Shown here piece after piece: positions 26,259 to 37,790 of a stretch of 64,000 nucleotides of DNA. The translations under genes and the position numbers were made by a program. The stretch comes from Scyliorhinus canicula (taxonomy: Eukaryota). The first letter of the stretch is position 1; the number at the start of each line of letters is the position of its first letter. The notes below the pieces were generated by a model that was not told where the DNA came from, searched no databases, and saw nothing but the letters and a program-made list of their open reading frames with translations. The stretch spans positions 584,657-648,656 of the forward strand of contig NW_024056025.1 in the NCBI RefSeq assembly GCF_902713615.1. Reading direction: 5' to 3'.

Positions 26259-28674
26259 TCTCGCTCCTCAATGTGGATGCTAAGTTGCTGGCGAAGATCC
26301 TGGCTACCAGGATAGAGGACTGTGTGCCAGGGGTGATACACGAGGATCAGACAGGATTTGTCAAGGGAAGACAGCTTAACACGAATGTGCGGAGGTTGTT
26401 AAATGTTATCATGATGCCGGCGGTGGAGGGGAAGGCGGAGATAGTGGTGGCGCTAGATGCAGAGAAGGCGTTTGATAGAGTTGAGTGGGGGTACCTGCGG
26501 GAGGTGCTGGAGCGGTTTGGATTTGGGGAGGGGTTCATCAAATGGGTGAGGTTGCTTTATGAGGCCCCGATGGCGAGTGTAGTTACTAATGGAAGGAGAT
26601 CAGAGTACTTCAGGCTCTACCGTGGGACCAGGCAGGGGTGCCCCCTGTCCCCCTTGCTTTTTGCACTGGCAATTGAACCTTTGGCTTTGGCGCTGAGGGA
26701 GTCGGGGAGGTGGAGGGGCCTGGTGCAGGGTGGGGAGGAACATTGAGTATCGCTGTATGCGGACGACCTGCTGTTGTATGTGGCGGATCCAGAAGGGGGA
26801 ATGCCGGGGGTGATGGAGCTGTTGGCTGAGTTTGGGGGCTTCCCGGGCTGAATCTGGGCAAGAGAGAGGTATTTGTAGTGCACCCGGGTGATCCGGAGGA
26901 GGGAATTGGGAGACTCCCATTTAAGAGGGCAGTGAAGAGTTTCAGATACCTGGGGGTGCAGGTGGCCAGGAGTTGGGGGACTCTCCACAAGCTTAATTTT
27001 ACCAGGCTTGTGGAGTAGATGGAGGAAGAATTTAAAAGGTGGGACATGGTGCCGCTATCGCTGGCGGGTAGAGTGCAGTCCGTCAAAATGACGGTGCTCC
27101 CGAGGTTCTTGTTCCTTTTTCAGTGTTTGCCCATCTTTATCCCTAGGGCCTTTTTTAGAAGGGTGACTTGCAGCATCATGAGCTTTGTTTGGGCGCATGG
27201 GACCCCGAGGGTGAAGAGGGCCTTCTTGGAGGGGGGTAGAGATGGTGGGGGGCTGGCGTTAACCAATCTCTCTGGGTATTATTGGGCGGCCAATGTGTCG
27301 ATGGTGCGCAAGTGGGTGATGGAGGGGGAGGGGCAGCACGGAAAAGGTTGGAGATGGCGTCCTGTGGAGTCACAAGCCTGGGGGCCCTGGTAACGGCGCC
27401 GTTGCCGCTCCCTCCTACGAGATATACCACGAGTCCGGTTGTGTCGGCTACCCTCAAGATTTGGGGGCAGTGGAGGCAACATAGGGGGGAAGTGGGGGGC
27501 TCGATGAAGGCTCCGCTAAGGGGGAATCATCGGTTCATCCCGGGGAACATTGATGGGGGGTTCCAGGGTTGGCACAGAGCGGGCATCGGAAAGCTGAGGG
27601 ACCTGTTTATTGATGGGAGGTTTGCGAGCCTGGGAGAGTTGGAGGAGAAATTTGAGCTCCCCTCAGGGAACATGTTTAGGTACCTGCAGGTAAAGGCGTT
27701 TGCTAGGCGGTAGGTGAAGGGATTCCCTTTGCTTCCCGCGAGGGGGGTGAGGGACAGGGTGCTTTTGGGGATCTGGGTCGGGGATGGGAAGATATCTGAT
27801 ATCTACAAGGTATTGCAGGAGGTGGAGGAGGCGTCAGTAGAGGAGCTAAAGGCTAAGTGGGAGGGGGAACTGGGGGAACAGATCGAGGATGGGACATGGA
27901 CGGATGTCCTGGAGAGGGTTAACTCTTCCTCCTCATGTGCGCGGCTTTGCCTCATCCAATTCAAGGTGCTGCGCCGGGCCCACATGTCCGGGTCTAGGAT
28001 GAGTACGTTCTTTGGGGGCGAAGACAGGTGTGTCCAGCGAATCATACCCATATGTTCTGGGCATGCCCGGCACTGGAGGATTTCTGGAAGGGGGTGGCGA
28101 GGACGGTGTCGAGGGTGGTGGGATCCAGGATCAAGCCAGGCTGGGGACTTGCGATTTTTGGGGTTGCGGTGGAGCCGGGAGTGCAGGAGGCGAGAGAGAC
28201 CGGTGTTTTGGCCTTTGCGTCCCTAGTAGCCCGGCGGAGGATCTTGCTACAGTGGAAGGATGCGAGACCCCCAAGCGTGGAGACCTGGATCAATGACATT
28301 GGCGGGTTTTATTAAGCTGGAGAAGGTCAAATTCGTCCTGAGAGGATCGGTACAAGGTTCTTTAGGCGGTGGCAGCCTTTCCTCGACTTTCTGGCTCAGC
28401 GATAGGGAACTGGGTCAGCAGCAGCAGCAACCCGGGCGGGGGGGGGGGGGGGGGGGGGGGGTGTCGTTGACTATGTTTATTTAATTTTAATTTATTTTTA
28501 AGTTATCTTGTTATTTACTGGGTTTGGGGAGGGTGGGAGGGGGGGTGCGATATATGCGTTGCTACTGTCTTGGGGGTGTTATACTTATTATGTTGTTTTA
28601 TTGTTGCTTGTTACTGTTAGTTGTTATATTTTTTGTTAAAAATTTCAATAAAAATTATTATTTTTGAAAAAAAC
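26259..28674 (+). mobile_element. 5'-truncated L1/Tx1-clade LINE (ORF2 RT and C-terminus, disrupted)
   Basis: ISLLNVDAKLLAKILA, QTGFVKGR, LDAEKAFDRVEW, RGTRQGCPLSPLLF, LYADDLL; stops and frameshifts; A-rich tail. 16-bp TSD AACAACAAAATAAACA at 26243-26258 and 28675-28690. Confidence 0.93.
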
Positions 28675-29819
28675 AACAACAAAATAAACAATGTACATGA
28701 AACTATAAACATAGTGCAAAAGCCGCCTCCCTCTCTTACAGGTCCCAGCTTTAGTAATGTTGTATTAACCTGACGATAACATCTCAATAAATTCTGGTTA
28801 CTTGTTTATTAAAACATAACATATTAACCCATTAATTCAGCTGATAAATGATATCATGCTCTTTAGTAGTCTTGTGTGATATTGTCATTACTTTTTTCAT
28901 GGTTTGTACCTGAATATCTCATCTCTTTCTGAAGGATGTAATAATGTCTTTGTATTCAGTCCATCTCCTGACCCTCTGTCTCAGTGTCGACAACTTACAT
29001 TCATAGAATCATAGAATCCCGACAGTGCTGAAGCAGGCCATTCGGCCCATTGTCTGTCCTTTCAGATCATTTATCTCTTCATGTCTAATCTTATCCTCAG
29101 TGTGACCTCTGAGAACCTGTTTCTATTGTAGGTCCTTAGTTTTAATGTGTGCAAGTGTCATTACTGTTGAAAAATGTTTATTAAAGTTATTCAGATCTTC
29201 TTGCGTTGCCTCCCTCTGTCTACATTCCCCACCTCGAGGCTCAATAAGGTGCTTCCTTTTGTAGCTTTAGAGTTTTCTCTTGCTCAGTACAAACATTTCT
29301 ATTATATTCTTTCCCTTTGTAACCTGTTTACTTGAATTTTTACTTGTAATTGAGTGCGGCACGGTAGCACAGTGGTTAGCACTGTTGCTTCACAGCACCA
29401 GGGACCCGGGTTTGATTCCCGCTTGGGTCACTGTCCGTGCGAGTTTGCACGTTTTCCACGTGTTTGTGTGGGTCCCTGCGGGTGCTCCGGTTTCCTCCCA
29501 CATGTCCCGAAAGACGTGCTGTTGGGTGAATTGGACATTCTGAATTCTCCCTCTGTGTACCTGAACAGGTGCTGGAGTGCAGCGACTGGGAGATTTTCAC
29601 AGTAACCTCATTGCAGTGTTAATGTAAGCCATCTTGTGACACTAATAGATTATTATAATTTCCGTAACGTTGTGGTCTTTCCAGACACTGGTACTTTAAC
29701 CCCAGGATTGGTCAGGTTGGATGGGACTGTCCACCTTATGGGACAGGAGGTATTCCTGTGTTAGTGTGTGTGACTGTCGCTCTCTGTGTTTCAGAATGTG
29801 GTTGTGTATTCAAAGGTTG

Positions 29820-30715
29820 TGTCTCTGCAGACTGTGTGTGTCTGCAGGCTGTGTGTGACTGCAGACTGTGTGTGTCTGCAGGCTGTGTGTGTCTGCAGGC
29901 TGTGTGTGTCTGCAGCCTGGGTGGGTCTGCAGGCTGTGTGTGTCTGCAGGCTGTGTGTGTCTGCAGGCTGTGTGTGTCTGCAGGCTGTGTGTGTGTCTGC
30001 AGGCTGTGTGTGTCTGCAGGCTGTGTGTGACTGCAGGCTGTGTGTGTCTGCAGGCTGTGTGTGCCTGCAGACTGTGTCTGACTGCAGGCTGTGTGTGTCT
30101 GCAGGCTGTGTGTGTCTGCAGGCTGTGTGGGTCTGCAGGCTGTGTGGGTCTGCAGGCTGTGTGGGTCTGCAGGCTGTGTGTGTGTCTGCAGGCTGTGTGT
30201 GTCTGCAGGCTGTGTGTGACTGCAGACTGTGTGTGTCTGCAGGCTGTGTGTGTCTGCAGGCTGTGTGGGTCTGCAGGCTGTGTGTGCCTGCAGGCTGTGT
30301 GTGCCTGCAGGCTGTGTGTGCCTGCAGGCTGTGTGGGTCTGCAGGCTGTGTGTGTCTGCAGGCTGTGTGTGTCTGTAGGCTGTGTGTGTGTCTGCAGGCT
30401 GTGTGGGTCTGCAGGCTGTGTGTGTCTGCAGGCTGTGTGGGTCTGCAGGCTGTGTGTGTCTGCAGGCTGTGTGTGTGTCTGCAGGCTGTGTGTGCCTGCA
30501 GGCTGTGTGGGTCTGCAGCCTGTGTGGGTCTGCAGGCTGTGTGGGTCTGCAGGCTGTGTGTGTCTGCAGCCTGTGTGGGTCTGCAGGCTGTGTGTGCCTG
30601 CAGCCTGTGTGTGACTGCAGGCTGTGTGTGTCTACAGGCTGTGTGTGTCTGCAGCCTGTGTGGGTCTGCAGGCTGTGTGTGTGTCTGCAGACTGTGTGTG
30701 ACTGCAGACTATCTG
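29820..30715. repeat. About 17-bp TG-rich minisatellite
   Basis: Unit ctgcaggctgtgtgtgt with length variants. Confidence 0.95.
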
Positions 30716-31050
30716 TGCTGCTTCTAATCAGCTGTAACATAAACCTTCCTCTCTCTGAGCAAATGCTGTTGGTTCACTGAGAATCCCACCCAGTGATTTG
30801 AATGGTGCCACTCCGATTCTTCATAAAATCCCTACAGTGCAAAAGGAGGCTATTCGGCCCATCGAGTCTGCACCAACTCTTCGAAAGATCCCCTTACCAA
30901 TCCCCTGCCCTATTCCTGCTACACCATCCTAAGGGATAATTTAGCTTGGCCAATCCCCCTAATCTGCACATCATTTGACTGTGGGCAGAAACCGGAGCAC
31001 CCAGAGGAAACCCAAGCAGACATGGCGGGGAATTGTACCATCTCCATACA

Positions 31051-31874
31051 TGATGTGGAGATGCCGGCGTTGGACTGGGGTGAGCACAGTAAGAAGTCTT
31101 ACAACACCAGGTTAAAGTCCAACAGGTTTGTTTCAAACACGAGCTTTCGGAGCACGGCTCCTTCTTCAGGTGAATGGAAAGGCTTGTTCCAGAAATGTTT
31201 ATATAGACACAGTCAGAGATGCCCGGAATGCGAGCACCTGCAGGCAATCAAATCATCAAAGATGCAGAGAGAGAGGTAACTCCAGGTTAAAGAGGTGTGA
31301 ATTGTCCCAAGCCAGTTCAGTCGGTAGGCCTCTGCAAGTCCAGGCTTGTTGGTGGGGGCCGAATGTAATGCGACATGAATCCCAGATCCCGGTTGAGTCC
31401 GCATTTATGCGTGCGGAACTTAGCTATAAGTTTTTGCTCAGCAATTTTGCGTTGTCGCGTCTCCTGAAGGCCTCCTTGTAGAATGCTGACCCGGAGATCA
31501 GAGGCTGAATGTCCTTGACTGCTGAAGTGTTCCCCAACTGGAAGGGAACAGTCCTGCCTGTTGATAGTCGCACGATGCCCGTTTATTCGTTGTCGCAGTG
31601 TCTGCATGGTCTCGCCAATGTACCACGCTTCGGGACATCCTTTCCTGCAGCGTATGAGGTAGACTACATTGGTCGAGTCGCACGAGTATGCGCCGCGTAC
31701 CTGGTGGGTGGTGTTTCCACGTGTAATGGTGGTGTCCATGTCGATGATCTGGCATGTCTTGCAGAGATTACCCTGGCAGGGTTTTGTGGTGTTGTGGTTG
31801 CTGTTCTGAAGGCTGGGTAATTTGCTGCAAACAATGGTTTGTTTGAGGTTGCGCGGTTGTTTGAAGTTTGCCAT
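31051..31874 (-). mobile_element. Penelope-like element 3' fragment: GIY-YIG endonuclease and terminal repeat
   Basis: CxxxxCxxC knuckle, NVVYLIRC...WYIGET, RINGHR and GLNRDLG motifs (31317..31874), followed by the terminal repeat that recurs at 51719-51955. Confidence 0.9.
31138..31172 (-). ncRNA. Minimal type I hammerhead ribozyme motif (second copy)
   Basis: Exact reverse complement of 51834-51868. Confidence 0.7.
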
Positions 31875-31989
31875 TGTTCAGAAGTGAGTGTTTGCAGCAT
31901 TGTGATTCCATTTGACAAACATAATGAATGTGAACTTTGTGGTTCTTACAGATATCTGGCTGTAAATCTGATTTCAGACCTTCCTCTGA

Positions 31990-32330
31990 ACACTTTGCAA
32001 CCTCAGCTCCAGCTCATTGTCCTTCACTAAAGACCCGGATAGAAAGTCCCGCCACAAGATGGCGGCGTCCGCCGGGTGACCCGGGAGGAACTCCCACCCA
32101 CTCCCTCTACCCATACCAAGATGGCCACCCCCAGCACTCAATCTCTGAATGAAACATTCGCCTTCCTGTCCCAAGATGGTGGCTGGTTGCCACGGAAAAT
32201 CCAGACCTTGATTACCAGCTTCCTATTGGTCCGGAGCTGCCACCCATTACTCCACAGCCATTTTGGATTGGAGCATGCGCAGTGCGGGTATGAAGCTGAA
32301 CCCCCCAATAAGACCCATTGGTTTTATTGT
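31990..32330 (+). promoter_or_regulatory. ZNF cassette promoter-like block
   Basis: AAGATGGCGGC (YY1-like) and CCAAT boxes; related blocks at about 12100-12320, 38690-39120 and 51480-52150. Confidence 0.5.
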
Positions 32331-32890
32331 CAGTCTGCAGACAGGAGCTGGAGAACTGAACCCAGGCAGAGGAGAGGGAGGGAGAAAACTGGGAGTGGAG
32401 GAAAGAAATGGTGAGATGGGTTTGGATTTCAGCCCAGGGAGGAGGGAGAGTGTGTAGGATGGGGATTTACAGCTTTGGGGGAACAAGAGAGTAACAAATG
32501 TTCCAGAGAAACTAGAATTGCCTGTTCAGAATTTCTATCCTGGACTGACAGTGATGGCTTTTATAAACTCCTTTTACAGGATATTGGAAGTGGAGCATTG
32601 GCCGACAGAAAACTGAAACCAAATATCGAAATCTGACAGTCACTCAATTTTTTAGAACCTGAATATCATCGGCCTTTGAATGTGGAAGGAGAAATGATTC
32701 TCTGTACTGTTTGTGGGAAAAGATTTCAGACATCAGTGTGACTGGAAAAGCACCGCGACACAGACTCCTCGAGTCAGAGTGTTCCAGTGAACTGACTGTG
32801 GACAGAGCTTTAACCAGTTACACAGCCTGAAAAACCATCACACCATTTACAGCGGGGAGAAACCACACACGTGTTCGGTGTGTGGATGAG
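32330..32890 (+). pseudogene. Truncated ZNF cassette (intron block and leader) broken by a CR1 fragment
   Basis: Near copy of 12570-13110, ending at [11 protein letters not shown] where CR1 sequence begins. Confidence 0.75.
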
Positions 32891-34700
32891 TTCTATATAA
32901 CTGTAACATAATTTCCAAGCTTTTATATTCTATATCCGTCCTATGAAGGCAAGCATGTCATATGCTTTCTTTACCACCATTTCCACCTGTGCTGTCACTT
33001 TTAAGGATCTGTGGTCCTATACACCCAGATCTCTCTGTGTATCTATGCCTGTGATGGTTCTGCCATTTATTTTATAGCTCCCACCTGAATTGGATCGACC
33101 AAAATGCATCACCTCGCATTTGTCTGGGTTAAATTCCATCTGCCATTTCCACGGCCAATTTTGCAGCCCATCTATATCCTGTTGTATTCTCTGACAATCT
33201 TCATCACTATCCACAACTCCTGCAATCTTAGTACCATCCGCAAACTTGCTAATCAGACCCGCTACGTTTTTTTCCAAATCATTTATATATATTACAAAGA
33301 GCAGAGGTCCCAGAACTGATCCCTGCAGAACACCACTCGTGACAGACCTCCATTTGGAAAAACACCCTTTCACTGCTATCCTCTGTCTTCTATGGCTAAG
33401 CGAGTTCTGGATCCATCCAGCTAGTTCACCCCTGACCCCATTTGATCTAATCTTTTGCACCAGCCTGCCGTGAGGGACCTTATCAAATGCTTTACTAAAG
33501 TCCATGTGGACATCCACAGCCCTTCCCTCGTCAATCATTTTGTCACCTCCTCAAAAAATTCAATCAAGTGAGACATGACCTCCCTTGCACAAAACCATGC
33601 TGTCTGTCACTAATAAGACCATTCACTTCCAAATGTGCACAGATCCTATCTCTGAGAATCTTTCCCAACAATTTTACTATCACTGACGTCAACCTCACTG
33701 GCTATAATTACCCACATTATCCTTGCAACCCTTCTTAAATAACAACATTGGCTATCCTCCAATCATCTGGGATCTCATCTGTGGCCAATAAGGACACAAA
33801 GATTTATGTTAGAGGCCCAGCTATTTCCTCTCTTGTCTCCCTCAGTAATCTGGGATAGATGCCACCTGGCCATGGGGATTTGTCTACCTTAATGCTTTTC
33901 AACAAACACTTCCTCCCTCAAAATAATGACTTGTTCTAAAGTGTTTGCACATCCCTCTGAGACACCACCAATCAACGTGTCCCTCTCCATTGTGAATACC
34001 GATGCAAAATACTCATTAAGGACTTCAACTACTTCCTCTGGTTCAACACATAATTTCCCTCTTTTGTCCTGGAGTGGACCAACTCTTTCTCCAGCTACCC
34101 TTTTGTTCCTAATATACGTATAAAATACCTTGGGATTCTCCTTAATCCTATCTGCCAAGGACACTTTGTGACCCCTTTTTGCCCACCTAACTCCCAGCTT
34201 GAGCTCTTTTCTACTTTCCTTGTATTCCTCAAGTGCTTCATCTGTTTTTAGTTACCTTTACGTCACATATGCATCCTTTTCATTTTGACCAGATTCTCAA
34301 TTTCCCTGGTCATCCATGGTTCCTGAATCCTGCCTTTCCTGTCCTTCCTTTTTACCGGCACATGCCTGTTCTGTACTCCCATCAACTGCTCCTTAAGAGA
34401 CTCCCACATGTCAAATGTGGATTTACCCTCAAACAGCCTCTCCCAAACAACAGCCTCTAAATCCGGCCGAATCTGGTTGTAGTTAGGCTTATCCCAATTT
34501 AGCACCTTAACCCGAGGACAACGCTCGTCCTTTTCCATGAATATGCCAAAGCTTACGGAATTGTGGTCACTGTTCGCCACATGTTCGCCTACTACAACTT
34601 TGATAACATGGCCGGGCTTGTTCCCTCGTATTAGGTCCATATAGACCCCTATCTAGTCGGACTATCCACATATCGTTCCAAAAAAACCATCTTGGACACA
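32890..34700 (-). mobile_element. CR1-clade LINE internal fragment (EN-RT region, disrupted)
   Basis: DFSKAFDKVPH, QGSVLGPLLFVIYINDL, SKFADGTKI, SDHNSVSF and IKENPKVFYTYI motifs split over several frames. Confidence 0.92.
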
Positions 34701-35087
34701 GTTAACAAATTGTTAACAGACCCCTCACCCTCAGGGTTCACCACTCAATGAGGAAAATTAGAGGCTCATGGAAGGGAGGGAAGCAGCAGAGGCAGCTGAT
34801 CGGATTGACTCAATCTCAGTCACAAAGCTCCACAAGCTCCTCACACTTCTTGTTGGAGGTGAGGATGGAAGAGACAGGGGAGAGCGAGAGTACTTCAAAA
34901 GGGACAGACTTGTGTCACAGATATTAAAAAGGTTCAACACACTGCGTATTTAAAACAAATCTAATTTATTTGACTTTTAGCCAGTATATTAGCCCCTGTA
35001 AATGGGCTGGAGTTTGTTATCAGCAGAAAGAGACCCAAATGAACATGGTTCAGTCCTGAATGTAACAGCAAAATCAAATCACTGTGG

Positions 35088-36215
35088 TTACTTGTGGCCA
35101 CATTGGTGTCTCAGTAGGTGGGATGAAGTGGTGAATCCCTTCCCACACTCGGAGCAGGGGAATGGCCTCTCCCCAGTGTGAATTCGCTGATGTACAGTGA
35201 GTTGAGATGATCGCACAAACCCAGTCCCACAGTGAGAGCACCTGAATGGTCTCTCCTCAGTGTGAACACGTTGGTGACGGGTCAGTTCCCCAGAACTTTT
35301 AAAGCATTTTCCACAGTCTGGACATTTGAAAGGTCTCTTGTCAGTGTGAACTCGCTGGTGTGCAGCGAGTTGAGATGTTCGCCTGAACCCAGTCCCACAG
35401 TGAGAGCACCTGAACGATCTCTCGTCAGTGTGAACACGTTGATGGAGCATCAGTTTCTCAGAACTTTTGTAGCCTTTCTCACAGTCTGGACATTTAAAAG
35501 TTTTCTTGTTTGTGTGAACTCGCTGGTGTGCCAGCAAGATGGATGATGTAGTAAATCCCTTCCCACATTTGGAGCAGGTAAATGCCCTCTCCCCAGTGTG
35601 AATTCGCTGGTGCTTCTGCAGATCGGATGACTGAGTGAATCCCTTCCCACACTTGGCGCAGGCAAATGGTCTCTCCCCAGTGTGAATTCGCTGATGTACA
35701 GTGAGGTCAGAGGATCGCCTGAACCCAGTTCCACAGCGAGAGCACCTGAACGGTCTCTCGTCAGTGTGAACACGTTGATGGCGCATCAGTTCCCCAGAAC
35801 TTTTATAGCACTTCCCGCAGTCTGGACATTGAAACGGTCTCTCATCAGTGTGAACTCGCTGGTGACTCAGCAAGTGGGCTGAAATAGTAAATCCCTTCCC
35901 ACACTCTGAGCAGGTGAATGGTCTCTCCCTGGAGTGAACTCGCTGGTGTGTGGACAGTGAGGATGACTGAGTGAATCCCTTCCCACATTTGGAGCAGGTG
36001 AACGGTCTCTCCCCAGTGTGACTGCGTCGATGAGTTTCCAGCTTGGATGGGGAAGTGAATCCTTTGCCGCAGTCCGCACATTTCCACGGTTTCTCCTCAG
36101 TGTGACTGCATTTGTGGCTTGTGAGGCTTGATGGTTGTGTGAATCCTCGTCCACACACACAACACGTGTATGGTTTCTCCCCACTGTGAACAATGCTTTT
36201 TGCTTCCATGTTCAA
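35088..36215 (-). CDS. C2H2 zinc-finger protein (13 fingers), no KRAB
   Basis: 375-aa [21 protein letters not shown]... with TGERPF/TDERPF linkers. Confidence 0.9.
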   Translation of the reverse strand: MNMEAKSIVHSGEKPYTCCVCGRGFTQPSSLTSHKCSHTEEKPWKCADCGKGFTSPSKLETHRRSHTGERPFTCSKCGKGFTQSSSLSTHQRVHSRERPFTCSECGKGFTISAHLLSHQRVHTDERPFQCPDCGKCYKSSGELMRHQRVHTDERPFRCSRCGTGFRRSSDLTVHQRIHTGERPFACAKCGKGFTQSSDLQKHQRIHTGERAFTCSKCGKGFTTSSILLAHQRVHTNKKTFKCPDCEKGYKSSEKLMLHQRVHTDERSFRCSHCGTGFRRTSQLAAHQRVHTDKRPFKCPDCGKCFKSSGELTRHQRVHTEERPFRCSHCGTGFVRSSQLTVHQRIHTGERPFPCSECGKGFTTSSHLLRHQCGHK

Positions 36216-36902
36216 AATCCCATGATATTCAGGATATGATAAATTAAGTACTCTGTCAGATCCTGATGTGATGCTTGGTTTGAGTTTCTGGACTTTGAAG
36301 CTTCCCTTCGCACACCCTGTGAAACTGATTTAAAACAGAAAATAAGGAGTGAGAGAGAACCCACAAAAACAGGTTGCAAAATTGAGCTGAATGAATCTGG
36401 TCATTTGTGGAGCCGAAACAAGGGATAAGGGCCATGAAAACTGCTGGATTGTCATAAAAACCCAACTGGCCTCTTTGGGAGGAGAAAGGGGTAAAGAGGG
36501 ATTTTGTATATCTACAAGACATATTACGAGAGTAGTTGGCAAAGCAAATGCGATCTTGAGCTTCATAAACAGTAATATTGAGACTGAAACTATGCTTCTG
36601 GTGGCACAGTGGTTAGCACTGCTGCCTCACAGCGCCAGGGACCGGGTTCAATTCCGGCCTTGGTGACTGTCTGTGTGGAGTTTGCACTTTCTCCCTGTGT
36701 CTGCGTGGGTTTCCACCCGGTGCTCAGATTTCCTCCAACAGTCCAAGAACAAGTTAAGTGAATTGGCCTTTATAAATTGTCTCTTAATTGGGAAAAGAAA
36801 AGAATTGGCAACTCTGTATTTAAAGGGAAAAAAATGGAAAATAAAATAGGTAATCAAAATTTTTTTTTTGAAAATTAGATGAGCCATAATCTCATTGAAT
36901 AG

Positions 36903-37790
36903 TGGAGCAGGCCTGAGGGGCTGAGTGGCCGACTCCTAGTTTATCTGTAAGGAGCAGGCTCGAGGGGCCGACTCCTAGTTTGTGTGTAAGGAGCAGGCTC
37001 GAGGGGCCGACTCCTAGTTTGTATGTAAGGAGCAGGCTTGAGGGGCCGACTCCTAGTTTGTGTGTAAGGGGCAGGCTCGAGGGAACGACTCCTAGTTTGT
37101 GTGTAAGGAGGAGGCTCGAGGGGTTGGCTCCTAGTTTGTGTGTAAGGAGCAGGCTCGAGGGACCGACTCCTAGTTTGTGTGTAAGGAGCAGGCTTGAGGG
37201 GCCGACTCCTAGTTTGTGTGTAAGGAGCAGGCTTGAGGGGCCGACTCCCAGTTTGTGTGTAAGGAGCAGGCTCGAGGGGCCGACTCCTAGTTTGTGAGTA
37301 AGGAGCAGGCTTGAGGGACCGACTCCTAGTTTGTGTGTAAGGAGCAGGCTCGAGGGGCCTACTCCTAGTTTGTATGTAAGGAGCAGGCTCGAGGGGCCGA
37401 CTCCTAGTTTGTGTGTAAGGAGCAGGCTTGAGGGGCCGACTCTTAGTTTGTATGTAAGGAGCAGGCTCGAGGGGCCGACTCTTAGTTTGTATGTAAGGAG
37501 CAGGCTCGAGGGACCGACTCCTAGTTTGTGTGTAAGGAGCAGGCTTGAGGGGCCGACTCTTAGTTTGTATGTAAGGAGCAGGCTCGAGGGGCCGACTCCT
37601 AGTTCGTATGAAAGGAGCAGGGTCGAGGGACCGACTCCTAGTTTGTGTGTAAGGAGCAGGCTCGAGGGGCCGACTCCTAGTTTGTGTGTAAGGAGCAGGC
37701 TCGAGGGACCGACTCCTAGTTTGTATGAAAGGAGCAGGCTCGAGGGGCCGACTCCTAGTTTGTATGAAAGGAGCAGGCTCGAGGGGCTGA
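36903..37790. repeat. 39-bp minisatellite (about 22 units)
   Basis: Unit gtaaggagcaggctcgaggggccgactcctagtttgtgt. Confidence 0.95.

Noticed and set aside
29736-30780. Long Cys/Val-rich and His/Thr-rich ORFs (up to 334 aa) on both strands
   Set aside because: Translations of a TG-rich minisatellite that lacks stop codons; no gene context.
35232-36193. Alternative-frame and antisense ORFs over the ZNF arrays
   Set aside because: Shadow ORFs produced by the periodic finger codon pattern.
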